From an uncultured archaeon (lineage in GTDB: Archaea; Asgardarchaeota; Lokiarchaeia; Sigyniarchaeales; SOKP01), in NCBI GenBank assembly GCA_964493715.1, contig CAZBPC010000018.1:1-47820 (forward strand): DNA of 47,820 bases, given 5' to 3'. The position numbers and the translations under genes are program-made. Below, piece by piece: positions 1 to 10,510 of the stretch. The notes beneath the pieces were generated by a model. It worked only from the letters and a program-made list of their open reading frames with translations, did not search any database and was not told where the DNA came from. The first letter of the stretch is position 1. Every line of letters starts with the position of its first letter.

Positions 1-197
1 TTCCCCCATATATATGGGAAAGACGCTCCATTATATTTTAAAAGTTTGATATAAGAAATTTTAATTAATTTAAAATCATCTGAAATAAACGTGGAAAAGT
101 GAGTTATAATATCTTTTAGAGTAACATTTTCAATAATCCGCTAAAGAGTTTAATACGTCGTGCCGTTCAATAAAAAAGTCGATCGAAAGGGATTATT

Positions 198-1478
198 TTA
201 TTGCATGAGATGAGGGATGATTTGAGGTCCGTGAGGTAAAAATAAAATGCGAGCATCTGGACCATGTTTCTTTAATCCCATTGAAATTGCTTTCTCCACA
301 GTTTGGGCATATTTTAATCCAATATTACCCAATTCATTTTCTTTTAATCCTGATACCACATAGATATCAGCTTTTTGGAGAATCCTTGTTAATATTTGGA
401 TTTCCCATTGGTCGGGTACTATAATTTTTTTTTGAATGATTTTATTATATATCTCGGTAGGCGTCATTCCAGAAAAGAGTAGTTCTTTAAATTTTGCTTG
501 TCCCACACCATCAGAACATTCGTTTACGGAAATGATTGTTCCTCCCTGTTTTACTGCCATTTCACCGATTGCCATGCTTTTAACCGCTTGATAGAGATTT
601 AAATCGAGAGGAAAACCCCCATTACCACAAACCACGATATCATAAGGTCTTTTAATTGGACTGAAAACTTTTTTCAATTGATCTTGAACAAGAAAATTAT
701 GAACAACTTCTAATGCTCCAGCAGCAACATTTGTTATTTGATGGTGTTCATCAATGCATACATTTACAATAAAATCTACTCCCGTGATACCTGCTATTTC
801 CATAGAGTTCGAGTACATGGGATTATCTTGGTATTTTCCAAATCGCGAATTTTCTGATGCAATTAATTGAGCGGAATGGTTTGCTTGGATAGTGTTAGCT
901 CCTGCTATGCCAGGAACTATAGATTTACAACCCCCAGAAAAACCAAAAAAGAAATGTGGTTCAACATATCCCGTTAAAATCTTAAGATCGCTTTGAAGAT
1001 AAGTTTTATTAATGTAAATCGGAATTCCTTTTTTAGAATTTCCTAAAGACTCGAGTCTGTCCATATCTGATGCAATATGATCTATACATTCAATTCTTCC
1101 AAAAAGCTTTTTTCCTAAAATAATTTCACGTTCTTCCTCTCGAGATGGTCGATGAAGCCCTGTCGCTATTAAAATGATAATTTGGGAATCTAGAATTCCA
1201 TAATTGTTAAGTTCATTGATTAGAGCTTCCAATAAGATATGGGAGGGTACTGGTCGAGTAGAATCGGAAGAAACAATACATATTCTTTCCACGTGACCTT
1301 TTCCCATTACGATTTGTTTAAGTGATGGTGATCCAACTGGGTGGGCAATTTTATCTTGAATGGTTTGAAGTGGACTTTGTAATATTTGTTGAGGTTTTGG
1401 TTTTAACACTTCTATATTCCAATTAGGATCCAAGGATATTGTAAGCCCTGTTTTTCCATAATCAAATTTTAGATTAAT
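198..1478 (-). CDS. larA: Nickel-pincer-dependent lactate racemase family protein (LarA-like)
   Basis: Motifs SDSTRP, ATGLHR, EPHFFFGFSGGCKSIVPG, NH and YQAVK match LarA. The frame stays open 15 codons upstream of the TTG at 1433 (INLKFDYGKTGLTIS), so the start is placed at ATT 1478-1476. The start is uncertain. Confidence 0.85.
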   Translation of the reverse strand: MNLKFDYGKTGLTISLDPNWNIEVLKPKPQQILQSPLQTIQDKIAHPVGSPSLKQIVMGKGHVERICIVSSDSTRPVPSHILLEALINELNNYGILDSQIIILIATGLHRPSREEEREIILGKKLFGRIECIDHIASDMDRLESLGNSKKGIPIYINKTYLQSDLKILTGYVEPHFFFGFSGGCKSIVPGIAGANTIQANHSAQLIASENSRFGKYQDNPMYSNSMEIAGITGVDFIVNVCIDEHHQITNVAAGALEVVHNFLVQDQLKKVFSPIKRPYDIVVCGNGGFPLDLNLYQAVKSMAIGEMAVKQGGTIISVNECSDGVGQAKFKELLFSGMTPTEIYNKIIQKKIIVPDQWEIQILTRILQKADIYVVSGLKENELGNIGLKYAQTVEKAISMGLKKHGPDARILFLPHGPQIIPHLMQ

Positions 1479-1756
1479 GCCCTAATACACCTTATGAATT
1501 TGATTTTAAGTATAGAACTAATCACCATGTTTAGAAAAATAACTTAAATAGCATCTATTTTGAGAAAAGCTGTAAATAATAAAATTCTATTCTTTCTAAA
1601 TTAAAAAATTATTCAATATGATAATAATTACTTTATATTTTTATATACGAAAATAATATTTATTGACAATAGAGAATTATTTAACGAAATATTTTTATAA
1701 TTTTATAGGAAATTATGTCATTGTAGTTACATTAACCAATGAAATAGGGACATAAT

Positions 1757-2173
1757 ATGGTAAAAATACTTAAAGACGTATGGATAATTACTTCTACTGG
1801 AGTTGTGCTCTATTCACGAGTTCAGTATGAGAAAATTAATCCCCAATTGTTCGGTGCGTTAATGTCTGCTTTAAATACATTTGCAGAAAAACTTTCAGAT
1901 GGTGGTATTACTAATTTCGAACTCAGTAATCTGAAATTTGTAGTTGTAAAAAGAAGGGATTTTCTCTTCATTGCGAGTACTTCTACTAAGATTAAAGAAA
2001 AAAAGACGGAAGAGGAATTGAAAAAAATTGGGGACCTCTTTTTTAAAAGCTATCCTCAAGAAGTACTTTCAAAATGGGATAATGATGTTAGTATTTTTGC
2101 AGATTTCGGAGCTGTTATTGAAAGTTCTTTAGAAAAAGCTGCTAATGGCAAAATGAAAGGAGCTTTCTTGTAA
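1757..2173 (+). CDS. Small longin-like domain protein
   Basis: 138 aa with a beta-beta-alpha-beta-beta-beta-alpha-alpha pattern: VWIITSTGVVLYSR, LFGALMSALNTFAEKL, NFELSNLKFVVV, FLFIA, LKKIGDLFFKSY. Typical of sigma-adaptin/sybindin-like longins. Confidence 0.7.
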   Translation: MVKILKDVWIITSTGVVLYSRVQYEKINPQLFGALMSALNTFAEKLSDGGITNFELSNLKFVVVKRRDFLFIASTSTKIKEKKTEEELKKIGDLFFKSYPQEVLSKWDNDVSIFADFGAVIESSLEKAANGKMKGAFL

Positions 2174-2219
2174 CTCATATTCAATAATCATAAAGAATTT
2201 AAGATTAGAAGTATATTAT

Positions 2220-2576
2220 TTGATCGAAAATATGACTTCAGAAAATACAATAAAAAAGGAAGTTGTTAATCGAGGAGATCCGCGTATTGTCGCAGATTAT
2301 GAAGATTTAATGAATAATAACAGATTAAATTGGATTAATTCAAATGATCCAAATACTATCATGAAGCAATTAAGAAGTCCAAGATTTTTAGGTTCTTATC
2401 ACCTCAAACAAGAAGTAGGTTCAAAAGTTAAACCAATAGGAAATTTACTCCAAGGAAATCTGAGATTAAAACAAGAAAAATCCTTAAAAAGCGCTATATT
2501 TAATCCTTTAACAGTAGGATTAATGATTTTAGCCTTCGCATTTAACTTATTCTGGTTTCTTCAAATGTTTTTTTAA
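2220..2576 (+). CDS. Hypothetical protein with single C-terminal transmembrane helix
   Basis: ORF ending in the hydrophobic segment IFNPLTVGLMILAFAFNLFWFLQMFF. Start may be the ATG at 2232. Confidence 0.6.
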   Translation: MIENMTSENTIKKEVVNRGDPRIVADYEDLMNNNRLNWINSNDPNTIMKQLRSPRFLGSYHLKQEVGSKVKPIGNLLQGNLRLKQEKSLKSAIFNPLTVGLMILAFAFNLFWFLQMFF

Positions 2577-2697
2577 TTTTCCACGATTATTAGGGAAGAA
2601 ATTAATGAATTAAATAGTATCAAAGTTTTAAAGAAGAAAAATGTTCTAATAATTAAGACGCAAGATTATAATTTGATACTATAAGGAGTTATCTTTC

Positions 2698-4164
2698 TTG
2701 ATTTATGATGTAATTATTATCGGAGGTGGCGTGATTGGTTGCTGTATAGCACGAACGCTCTCCAAATATGATATTAAGATTGCTTTATTAGAAAAAGAAG
2801 TTGATATTGCTTCGGGTACTACAAAAGCTAATTCAGGAGTTGTTCATGCAGGTTATGCTGCTGAAAGAGAGTATATAAAACGTGACATGTGCATCAAAGG
2901 AAATAAAATGTACACTCAAGCTGCTGAGGAGCTTAATTTTCCTTTTAAACGGATTGGTTCTTTTGTAGTAGCACTAGAAGATAATCAAATTAAAGAATTA
3001 GAAAAAGAACGGAACTATGGGATTCAAGATGGCATTTTAGGTTTAGAATTAATCCTGGATAAGAAAAAAATAAAACATATGGAGCCAAATTTAACTGATG
3101 ACGTGGTAGGAGTACTTCATGCACCATCCGCAGGGATTGTAAGTCCATATGAGATGACTTTCGCATTAGCAGAGAACGCAGCAATGAATGGCGTAAAATT
3201 TTTTCGGAATCATAAGGTTAAAAAAATTCGTCATCAAAATTATATTTTCGATCTAAAAACTAAGCAAGGTGATTTTAAAGCTCACAATGTTATCAATGCA
3301 GCTGGTTTATTTGGATCTAAGATTTCTAAGATGGTTGGGCTAGATTATTTTGATATAATGCCTCGTAAAGGCGAATATATTTTATTTGATCGCAATGCTA
3401 TGCATCTGAACAAAATTCTGTTTCCAACAGCAACAAAAGTATCAAAAGGAATATTAGTTTGCCCTACTGCCCACGAAAATACTTTTGTGGGACCAAATGC
3501 TCAAAACATATCAGATGAAAAAGATACTTCAACAACAGAAGCGGGTTTAAAAGAAATTCTCGAAGGTGCACGAAAATTAGTACCTAAACTGCCTGTACGT
3601 GCCTCGATTAGAAACTTTGCTGGTTTGAGAGCAATACCAGATAGTTATGACTTTATCATTGATAATACTGATGTGTATGGATTCATCAACGTTGCAGGGA
3701 TTCTTTCTCCTGGATTGACATCTTGTTATGCAATTGCAGAGAGAGTGACTGAATATCTCGAGTTACTTGGTGTTGAATTGAAACCCAATGACAATTATAA
3801 CCCTATTCGACCTAAACCGGAGCGCTTTAAGAATTTTTCTAAAGATGTACTAGATCAAAAAATTAGAAAAGATCCTGCTTGGGGGCGAATAATCTGTAGG
3901 TGCGAGACTATTCCCGAAAGAGAGATTTTAAATGCTATTTATGCCCCTGTAGGCGCAATAACTGTAGATGGAGTTAAATTTCGTTGTAGACCTGGAATGG
4001 GCAGGTGTCAAGGTGGTTTTTGCCGCCCAAGAGTTATGGAAATTCTCGCAAGAGAACTAAACATTCCGTATCAAGAGGTAACTAAAAAAAGTGAGGATTC
4101 ACATTTCTTAGTCTCTAAAACCAAGGATGAATTACTTAGAAAAATAGAGAGAGGTGAAGAATAA
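2698..4164 (+). CDS. FAD-dependent glycerol-3-phosphate dehydrogenase-like oxidoreductase with C-terminal BFD-like [2Fe-2S] domain
   Basis: GGGVIG Rossmann motif, TTKANSGVVHAG, SPGLT, and C-terminal ICRCE...GRCQGGFC. SD-like AAGGAG upstream of the TTG start. Confidence 0.85.
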   Translation: MIYDVIIIGGGVIGCCIARTLSKYDIKIALLEKEVDIASGTTKANSGVVHAGYAAEREYIKRDMCIKGNKMYTQAAEELNFPFKRIGSFVVALEDNQIKELEKERNYGIQDGILGLELILDKKKIKHMEPNLTDDVVGVLHAPSAGIVSPYEMTFALAENAAMNGVKFFRNHKVKKIRHQNYIFDLKTKQGDFKAHNVINAAGLFGSKISKMVGLDYFDIMPRKGEYILFDRNAMHLNKILFPTATKVSKGILVCPTAHENTFVGPNAQNISDEKDTSTTEAGLKEILEGARKLVPKLPVRASIRNFAGLRAIPDSYDFIIDNTDVYGFINVAGILSPGLTSCYAIAERVTEYLELLGVELKPNDNYNPIRPKPERFKNFSKDVLDQKIRKDPAWGRIICRCETIPEREILNAIYAPVGAITVDGVKFRCRPGMGRCQGGFCRPRVMEILARELNIPYQEVTKKSEDSHFLVSKTKDELLRKIERGEE

Positions 4165-5462
4165 TGAAAAGTTATAAATCAGATGTCCTTGTTATTGGTG
4201 CTGGGGCTGCAGGTTTAGCAGCGGCGATAGAAGTTAAAAAAGCGGGGTTAAAAGTATTAATAGTAGAAAGAGATAAAGAATTAGGCGGAATTACATTGCA
4301 GTGCATTCATAATGGTTTTGGTCTTAAGGAATTTGAAGAAGAATTAACAGGACCTGAGTATGCTCAAAGATTTATTAATCAGGTTAAAGATTTGAAAATT
4401 CCTTACATATTAGATACAATGGTTATAGAAATTACAAAGGATAAAAAAATATATGCTGTAAACAATAAAGAAGGTCTTATTGAAGTTAGTGCAAAAGCAA
4501 TTATTCTCGCTATGGGGTGCCGTGAAAGAACAAGGGGTGCCATTAATATTCCTGGATTTAGACCCGCAGGAATATATACTGCTGGACAAGCACAAAGATT
4601 TGTCAATATTGAAGGGTATTTACCGGGACATACATTTGTCATTTTAGGAAGTGGTGATATCGGAATGATAATGGCTCGCCGATTAACTTGGGAAGGATGT
4701 GAAGTAAAAGCCGTGGTTGAGATCCAACCATATGTTAGCGGACTTCTGAGAAACCAGGTTCAATGTTTGGAGGATTATGATATTCCCTTAATCACTAGTC
4801 ATACTGTGACTAAAATTCACGGAAGGGATAGATTACAAGGAGTGTCGATAGCAAAGGTTACAAAGGACTATGATCGAATAATAGGATCTGAAAGATTTTT
4901 TGAATGTGATACATTGCTACTTTCAGTAGGCTTAATTCCTGAAAATGAATTAACACTACAAGCTGGAGCTTCCCTTTCCCAAAATGGAGGTCCATTGGTA
5001 GATAATAATTTAGAGACTACAATTGAAGGGATTTTTGCATGTGGGAATGTCCTTCAAGTTCATGATTTAGTTGATATGGTTTCTTCTGAAGCTAAAAGAG
5101 CAGGAAAAAATGTTGTGGATTATATTCAAAATAGTTATGATAAATCAATATCAAAAGAAGAGAAGATCAAATGCATCCCTGGTGAAAATATTAATTACGT
5201 GAAACCAGATCAAATAAACAAGAGAGATATGGAATCAAATATCATTTTTAATTTTCGAGTAAAGTATCCTGATCGAAGAGTACTCATTCAATTTAAGGAT
5301 GAGACCAATAAAGTCATATACAAACGAAAAAGAGTGTATGTGATTCCTAGTGAAATGATCGAATTGGATCTCAATCTGAAAGAATTTGGGGTGGACATGA
5401 CAATTAAAGAAATACGAATAGAAGTGATTCCTCGTCCTGAAGTTTTGATAGAGGAGGATTAA
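4164..5462 (+). CDS. NAD(P)/FAD-dependent oxidoreductase, partner subunit of the glycerol-3-phosphate dehydrogenase-like operon
   Basis: GAGAAG, QCIHNGFG, AMGCRERTRG, GSGDIG and FACGNV motifs. TAATG stop/start overlap with the preceding gene. Confidence 0.85.
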   Translation: MKSYKSDVLVIGAGAAGLAAAIEVKKAGLKVLIVERDKELGGITLQCIHNGFGLKEFEEELTGPEYAQRFINQVKDLKIPYILDTMVIEITKDKKIYAVNNKEGLIEVSAKAIILAMGCRERTRGAINIPGFRPAGIYTAGQAQRFVNIEGYLPGHTFVILGSGDIGMIMARRLTWEGCEVKAVVEIQPYVSGLLRNQVQCLEDYDIPLITSHTVTKIHGRDRLQGVSIAKVTKDYDRIIGSERFFECDTLLLSVGLIPENELTLQAGASLSQNGGPLVDNNLETTIEGIFACGNVLQVHDLVDMVSSEAKRAGKNVVDYIQNSYDKSISKEEKIKCIPGENINYVKPDQINKRDMESNIIFNFRVKYPDRRVLIQFKDETNKVIYKRKRVYVIPSEMIELDLNLKEFGVDMTIKEIRIEVIPRPEVLIEED

Positions 5463-5468
5463 TACGAG

Positions 5469-5855
5469 GTGAAAAAAATTTCTGAAGTAAGTACTGTTAA
5501 AGTTATCCGGTGCATTGTATGCCCTACGGGTTGCGAAATTAAAGTTCTTAAAGATCCAAATAATAAGATTACATTTGAAGGATATACATGCAAACGGGGA
5601 TTAGAATATGCCGAACAAGAATTTCATGAACCTAAAAGAATTCTTACTACTACAATAAGGGTAGAAAATGGGTTTATTCCCTTAATTCCCGTAAGAACTG
5701 ATAAACCAATACTTAAAGATAAGTTAAATGAGGCACTGATGATAATCGCACAAACAGTCGTAAATGCTCCCATAAAAATGGGAGATGTATTGATTAAAAA
5801 CATTTTAAACAGTGGTGCTAATATTATAGCAAGTAGAGATATAGCTACAAGTTAA
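5469..5855 (+). CDS. DUF1667-family CxxC protein (third subunit of the operon)
   Basis: CIVCPTGC...GYTCKRG...EPKRILTTT...PVRTDKPI pattern, in the position this family usually holds after the two flavoproteins. Confidence 0.8.
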   Translation: MKKISEVSTVKVIRCIVCPTGCEIKVLKDPNNKITFEGYTCKRGLEYAEQEFHEPKRILTTTIRVENGFIPLIPVRTDKPILKDKLNEALMIIAQTVVNAPIKMGDVLIKNILNSGANIIASRDIATS

Positions 5856-5935
5856 ATCCTCGTTTTTAATACATAGATAGGCGAACTTAAAATGAAAAAA
5901 TATACATGATTTAATCGAATATTCAGATACAAAAC

Positions 5936-6391
5936 ATGGTAGAATTAGATCAGATTTACAAGGTTTATCCAAATCTCTATATAGGCGCGTATTGGCCCCG
6001 TTTGAATTTTAAATTATTTAAGGAAATAGGCATAACTGCTATCGTCAATTTAATGGAAGATAATTATTATGATCCCACAGATCTAGGATTTGAATATCTA
6101 TATAAAGGATTTCCTGATGATTGGTATCCTCCACATCGCTATATTGAAGAGATTTTAAATTTTATAGACGTTCACATAAAAAATGGTAAAGTACTGGTAC
6201 ATTGTGCAATGGGAATTTCTAGAAGTGGTGGAATTATAGTGGCTTGGATAATGAAAAAAAATCCAGAATGGAGTTGGACTCAAGCCTTAAAAACGGTTCA
6301 AAAAGAGCGATTAATTTATCCCGCAATTGAAATAAAGATGGCTATATTAGATTACTTCGAATCTATTGAAGGTTATAGGAGACAAGATTAA
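5936..6391 (+). CDS. Dual-specificity protein phosphatase
   Basis: P-loop VLVHCAMGISRS (HCx5R), with upstream NLYIG and GITAIVNL. Confidence 0.9.
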   Translation: MVELDQIYKVYPNLYIGAYWPRLNFKLFKEIGITAIVNLMEDNYYDPTDLGFEYLYKGFPDDWYPPHRYIEEILNFIDVHIKNGKVLVHCAMGISRSGGIIVAWIMKKNPEWSWTQALKTVQKERLIYPAIEIKMAILDYFESIEGYRRQD

Positions 6392-6409
6392 TCTTGATTA
6401 GTTGATATT

Positions 6410-8716
6410 ATGATAAATCTCAAGATGGATGAGGATCAAAGAATTCTTAACGTTTTGATAGCAGGACATGCCCAACATGGAAAAAGTAGTTTAATTCAAG
6501 CAATCTGTGGTGTTTTTCCAGATACTTTAGATTTTGAACTTATTAGAGGTACTACTGTAACATTAAAAGTAATAGAATTCATATTAAATGAGAAAAATAT
6601 AATTATCAATTTTTTAGATAGTCCGGGTCATGCTGATTTCAAGGGTGCAATTGCGTTAGGATTATCGTTCGCTGATTTGTTAATTTTGGTAATTGCTGGA
6701 AATGAAGGTTTTCAAGCAAGAACTTATTGGTTATATGAGAAAGCAAATGAGATGAAGGTGCCAATTATAATCGCAGCGACAAAAATGGATTTAAGAAACG
6801 CAAATGTCGAAATAATTAAGGAAGAATTAAATAAATTAAATTCAACAAAAAACTACTCCATTTTAGAAACCTCTGCTAAAGAAATTTTTGGGATTGATGA
6901 ATTAATAGATAAAATTACATTATATACAAAAATTAGAACCGGTATAAATGAAAATTTATCATTTATTATTTTAGGTTATGATAACAAGAAAGGTTTTGGT
7001 GAATTATTAAGTATAGGAATCTTATCTGGTAGGATTGAAACTAATTGGATAACTGATAAAATCAGAATACGTTATTTATTATCCTTAAGTGGAAAACCAT
7101 TAAAAAAAGCTTTTGAAGGGCAAATCGTTAAAGTTTCTTTAAACATCAATACAGATTTTGATCTTGGTACTATCTATCGTGAAGGTAAATTCTTTCCTGC
7201 AAATTTTACGGGAACCTTTTCGGAAATTAAACCCAGAAAAGAATATTTTATCACGATTAATGATCCAATACGATTTAAAATAGGTATAGATACCTTAGAG
7301 AAATTAAAAAAAGTAATACCTTCTTTCGACTTTTACGTGGATAATGGAACCATAAGTATATTAGTATTAGGTGATTTGCAGTTTGAATTCATCAAGAAAA
7401 ATCTTGAGGAATTAATTGAATTTCAAATTGTAGGTTCTAAAATAAAAGGAATTGTGACCATTAATTCAATAAGTGAAGCTAAATTTGGAACTGCTCATGT
7501 ACGTATTGTTCCTAGGTGTGCAAACAACTTAACGATATCAAGAGGAATTGATGAGCTAATTGAACCAAAACTAATTGATATTTTAGGTGTTTCTGTCGCA
7601 AAACAAGCATTCCATATTGACGGTCTTCACGTTAACATTTATTCAGGAAAGAATGAAGACGATATTGCCCAAGCGATTGCGAAAGCTATTGAAAAAACTA
7701 ACCTTATAAAAATTGTACCTTTTCAAGATGTTTTAGTCAAAGTTGATAATCAACACGATTTATTTCCAATTATTGAGAAATATAACATAGAAGTGTTGCA
7801 CCAAGATATACACAAAAATTTCTTTCTCCAAGTAAAAATTGATGATTTTGATCCATTCTTCAATTCTTTGATGAAAATTTCAAATGGTATGGCAGAAATA
7901 AATCTTTTTCACTTTGACAAAGAAGAATTGGCGCTTGCTGTAGATCCTGGAACTCGACATTTTGGATTTTGTTTAATGGAGCAAGGAGAACTTCCTTCTT
8001 TATGGTATGTAAATCTCAAAAATAAAATAAATAATATTAAGTCATGGAATAGCTCTCAAAAAACTCTTAAAAGGGAACTAGATACATTTGTGCAATATAA
8101 AAAAGATTTGATTAAGAAAATCTTCATTGGAAATGGTCCAGGGTCAGAATTTATAGTAGAATTTCTCAAGGTGTTTTTCGATCTACAAGAAGATAATAAG
8201 GAAACCATTGAACAGAGATTTGCCTCTCCAGAAATTTATCTCGTAGATGAATACAAGACAACAAAAGAAGCATTATATCATCTTCAAAATGGTAAACTCG
8301 TAAATGAAGTGCACTCTAAAGGATTCGTTGATCATGCGATTGCTGCTTTAATAATTGCTAAAAGAGGTATAAAGGGAGAGATTATTAAAATTCAAAAACC
8401 GCCAATTAAAAAATTGCATGATTATATCATCGAAAATTACAGCGGTTCGTATTCCTTTTCTAGTATTCATAAAATAGATAGTTTAGATGATATCAAGCGA
8501 GGTATTTACTTAAGAGTCAAGGATTCAGCAAAACTTGATTCCCGGTTAACTAATGGGGATATCATTGCATTTACGGGCTTTGGACAAGGATATGGAGAGT
8601 TACATGCTAATACGATTTCGGGTAATAAAATTATCGTAAAATTTCAAGGAAATGTAAAAATAAGAAGAGATTTTTTTAAGATCTTTACACCTATGAAAGA
8701 AAGAAGTCATCCTTAA
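6410..8716 (+). CDS. Translation-factor-class GTPase fused to a YqgF/Tex-like RNase H-fold domain
   Basis: G1 GHAQHGKS, G2 RGTT, G3 DSPGH, G4 TKMD, G5 SAK. The C-terminal half has LAVDPGTRHFG, IFIGNG, LVDEYKTT and VDHAIAALII. Confidence 0.75.
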   Translation: MINLKMDEDQRILNVLIAGHAQHGKSSLIQAICGVFPDTLDFELIRGTTVTLKVIEFILNEKNIIINFLDSPGHADFKGAIALGLSFADLLILVIAGNEGFQARTYWLYEKANEMKVPIIIAATKMDLRNANVEIIKEELNKLNSTKNYSILETSAKEIFGIDELIDKITLYTKIRTGINENLSFIILGYDNKKGFGELLSIGILSGRIETNWITDKIRIRYLLSLSGKPLKKAFEGQIVKVSLNINTDFDLGTIYREGKFFPANFTGTFSEIKPRKEYFITINDPIRFKIGIDTLEKLKKVIPSFDFYVDNGTISILVLGDLQFEFIKKNLEELIEFQIVGSKIKGIVTINSISEAKFGTAHVRIVPRCANNLTISRGIDELIEPKLIDILGVSVAKQAFHIDGLHVNIYSGKNEDDIAQAIAKAIEKTNLIKIVPFQDVLVKVDNQHDLFPIIEKYNIEVLHQDIHKNFFLQVKIDDFDPFFNSLMKISNGMAEINLFHFDKEELALAVDPGTRHFGFCLMEQGELPSLWYVNLKNKINNIKSWNSSQKTLKRELDTFVQYKKDLIKKIFIGNGPGSEFIVEFLKVFFDLQEDNKETIEQRFASPEIYLVDEYKTTKEALYHLQNGKLVNEVHSKGFVDHAIAALIIAKRGIKGEIIKIQKPPIKKLHDYIIENYSGSYSFSSIHKIDSLDDIKRGIYLRVKDSAKLDSRLTNGDIIAFTGFGQGYGELHANTISGNKIIVKFQGNVKIRRDFFKIFTPMKERSHP

Positions 8717-8832
8717 GAATTACTTTTTATCTGATATATCTTACGTTCAATCTTGTATTTACAAAAATATTTAAAAATCAAATAGATCATTTATTAAAAT
8801 CGTTTCAAATTGTAAAAAAGAAGGAAAAAAAT

Positions 8833-9153
8833 ATGATTGAATTTGAAGAGAAAATTTTATCACTATTAGAAACAATAAATGAAAAATTAGACAAACTTTT
8901 AGATTTAAAGACTTCTATACATTCAATTCCTGAAAATAGAACCACAGTAAAGCCGTCTGAATTAGTCGAGAGACAACAGGAAGAAGAACGAGCAATTGAG
9001 AAACCTCCTGTGGAAGGAAGAAGAATGTGTCCAAAATGTGGTGGTACAGCATTTAATACGATTGAAGATCAATCCCAAGTTTTATTTCAGCAAGGCGGGA
9101 TGAAAATATATGCTAAATCGTATATTTGCCGCCAGTGTGGTACCAAAGTATAA
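8833..9153 (+). CDS. Small protein with C-terminal zinc ribbon
   Basis: CPKC...CRQC pair and an N-terminal short amphipathic helix. Confidence 0.7.
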   Translation: MIEFEEKILSLLETINEKLDKLLDLKTSIHSIPENRTTVKPSELVERQQEEERAIEKPPVEGRRMCPKCGGTAFNTIEDQSQVLFQQGGMKIYAKSYICRQCGTKV

Positions 9154-9319
9154 CTTTTTTTATACTTTTTTCTATATTTATTGTATTTCATCTTGAAAAA
9201 TAGCTTCTAATGAATTAAATAACATATTTATAATTAGGTAGGTTTTTAATGCTTCTAGACCTTATTATTTCTAATAAACCCTTATAAAGATTTTTATAAA
9301 AGCCACATTTGTTGTTAAG

Positions 9320-10417
9320 GTGAACGAAATTCCTCCAATGAGAATTAAGAATGTGTTTAGATATTTAAGGATCTTCACCTTGAACAAATTTACTCAAATA
9401 AAAGTACCTTATTCTGCCCAAATCGAGGTAACATTGCGTTGTAATGCTGTTTGTCCTTTCTGTTCTTTTCCATTATTACCTAATCGTATTATCTCTAAAG
9501 AAATGACAACACAACAAATAAAAGATATAATTGATCAAATTGCTAAATTAGGAGTCACAACCTTATCATTTACTGGTGGAGAACCCACCTTAAGAAAAGA
9601 TCTTCCTGATTTAATCTATCACGCAGGAGTAGTTCATAATTTTATGAATGGGGTAGCTACAAATGGTTATTTGATGCCTTCCTTACTAAAAAAAAATGGA
9701 GGCTTAGAAGGATTAGATTATCTATTACTTTCTCTTGATTATCCAACTGCAGAATTGCATGATAAAATGAGAGGATTAAGATCATTCCATAAAGTAATAG
9801 AAACAATTGAACTTGCAAATAAAAGAGATAAAAAAGTAATTATTAGCACCGTTGTTATGAATGATAATATTCATTTACTTGATTCAATATGCGAATTAGC
9901 AGAAAAATTTAATTGTTCAATAGAATTATTTCCATGTGAAGATATTATTAGGGATTATCATGGATTAACTTATCAAATAAAGGATATCGAGAGTTTAATT
10001 CCAAAAGTATCTGTTTGGGCTAACTTAATGTTAAAATTGAGAGAAAAATATAAAAACATTCTAACTGATCCTATCAGTATCGCTGTGGTGGGAAGAGGAG
10101 GTTTTGGAGGATATCCTAATTATCATCAGAATTTACTACGTTGCTATGTTGCTGAAGCTTATTTATTTGTTAGGCATGATGGCGTTATCGATTATCCTTG
10201 TAAAATACATCCTTTTATGAGTTTTGATGCATTAAAACACCCGATATCTAAAATATATAATTCTAAAGAAGTAAGAGAAATAATGGTAAATCATGATAAT
10301 TATGATTTTTGTAATAAATGCAGATTAGGTTGTGCTATTGCTTCTTCCATGCCTACTCGATGGAAAACCCTTGCTTCTAAATATATTTTGGGGTATTTGC
10401 ATGGAAACTTGAATTGA
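9320..10417 (+). CDS. Radical SAM protein with C-terminal SPASM/Twitch-like Cys cluster
   Basis: CNAVCPFC (CxxxCxxC), FTGGEP, TNG, and C-terminal C...G...PC...CNKCRLGC. Confidence 0.9.
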   Translation: MNEIPPMRIKNVFRYLRIFTLNKFTQIKVPYSAQIEVTLRCNAVCPFCSFPLLPNRIISKEMTTQQIKDIIDQIAKLGVTTLSFTGGEPTLRKDLPDLIYHAGVVHNFMNGVATNGYLMPSLLKKNGGLEGLDYLLLSLDYPTAELHDKMRGLRSFHKVIETIELANKRDKKVIISTVVMNDNIHLLDSICELAEKFNCSIELFPCEDIIRDYHGLTYQIKDIESLIPKVSVWANLMLKLREKYKNILTDPISIAVVGRGGFGGYPNYHQNLLRCYVAEAYLFVRHDGVIDYPCKIHPFMSFDALKHPISKIYNSKEVREIMVNHDNYDFCNKCRLGCAIASSMPTRWKTLASKYILGYLHGNLN

Positions 10418-10510
10418 ATATATAGAGGTTTAAATTGCTTCCCTTTAGAAGTTTAATATTATGAATAAATTTAATTGGTAGTAAAATTTTTTTACAATAG
10501 TGAAGGATAA

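Noticed and set aside
1-137. Open minus-strand frame running off the window start
   Set aside because: No canonical start, no recognisable motif and truncated by the edge.
6410-8716. SelB/EFSec or EF-2 assignment
   Set aside because: The G-domain class is compatible, but the downstream domains and YqgF-like module do not match these factors.
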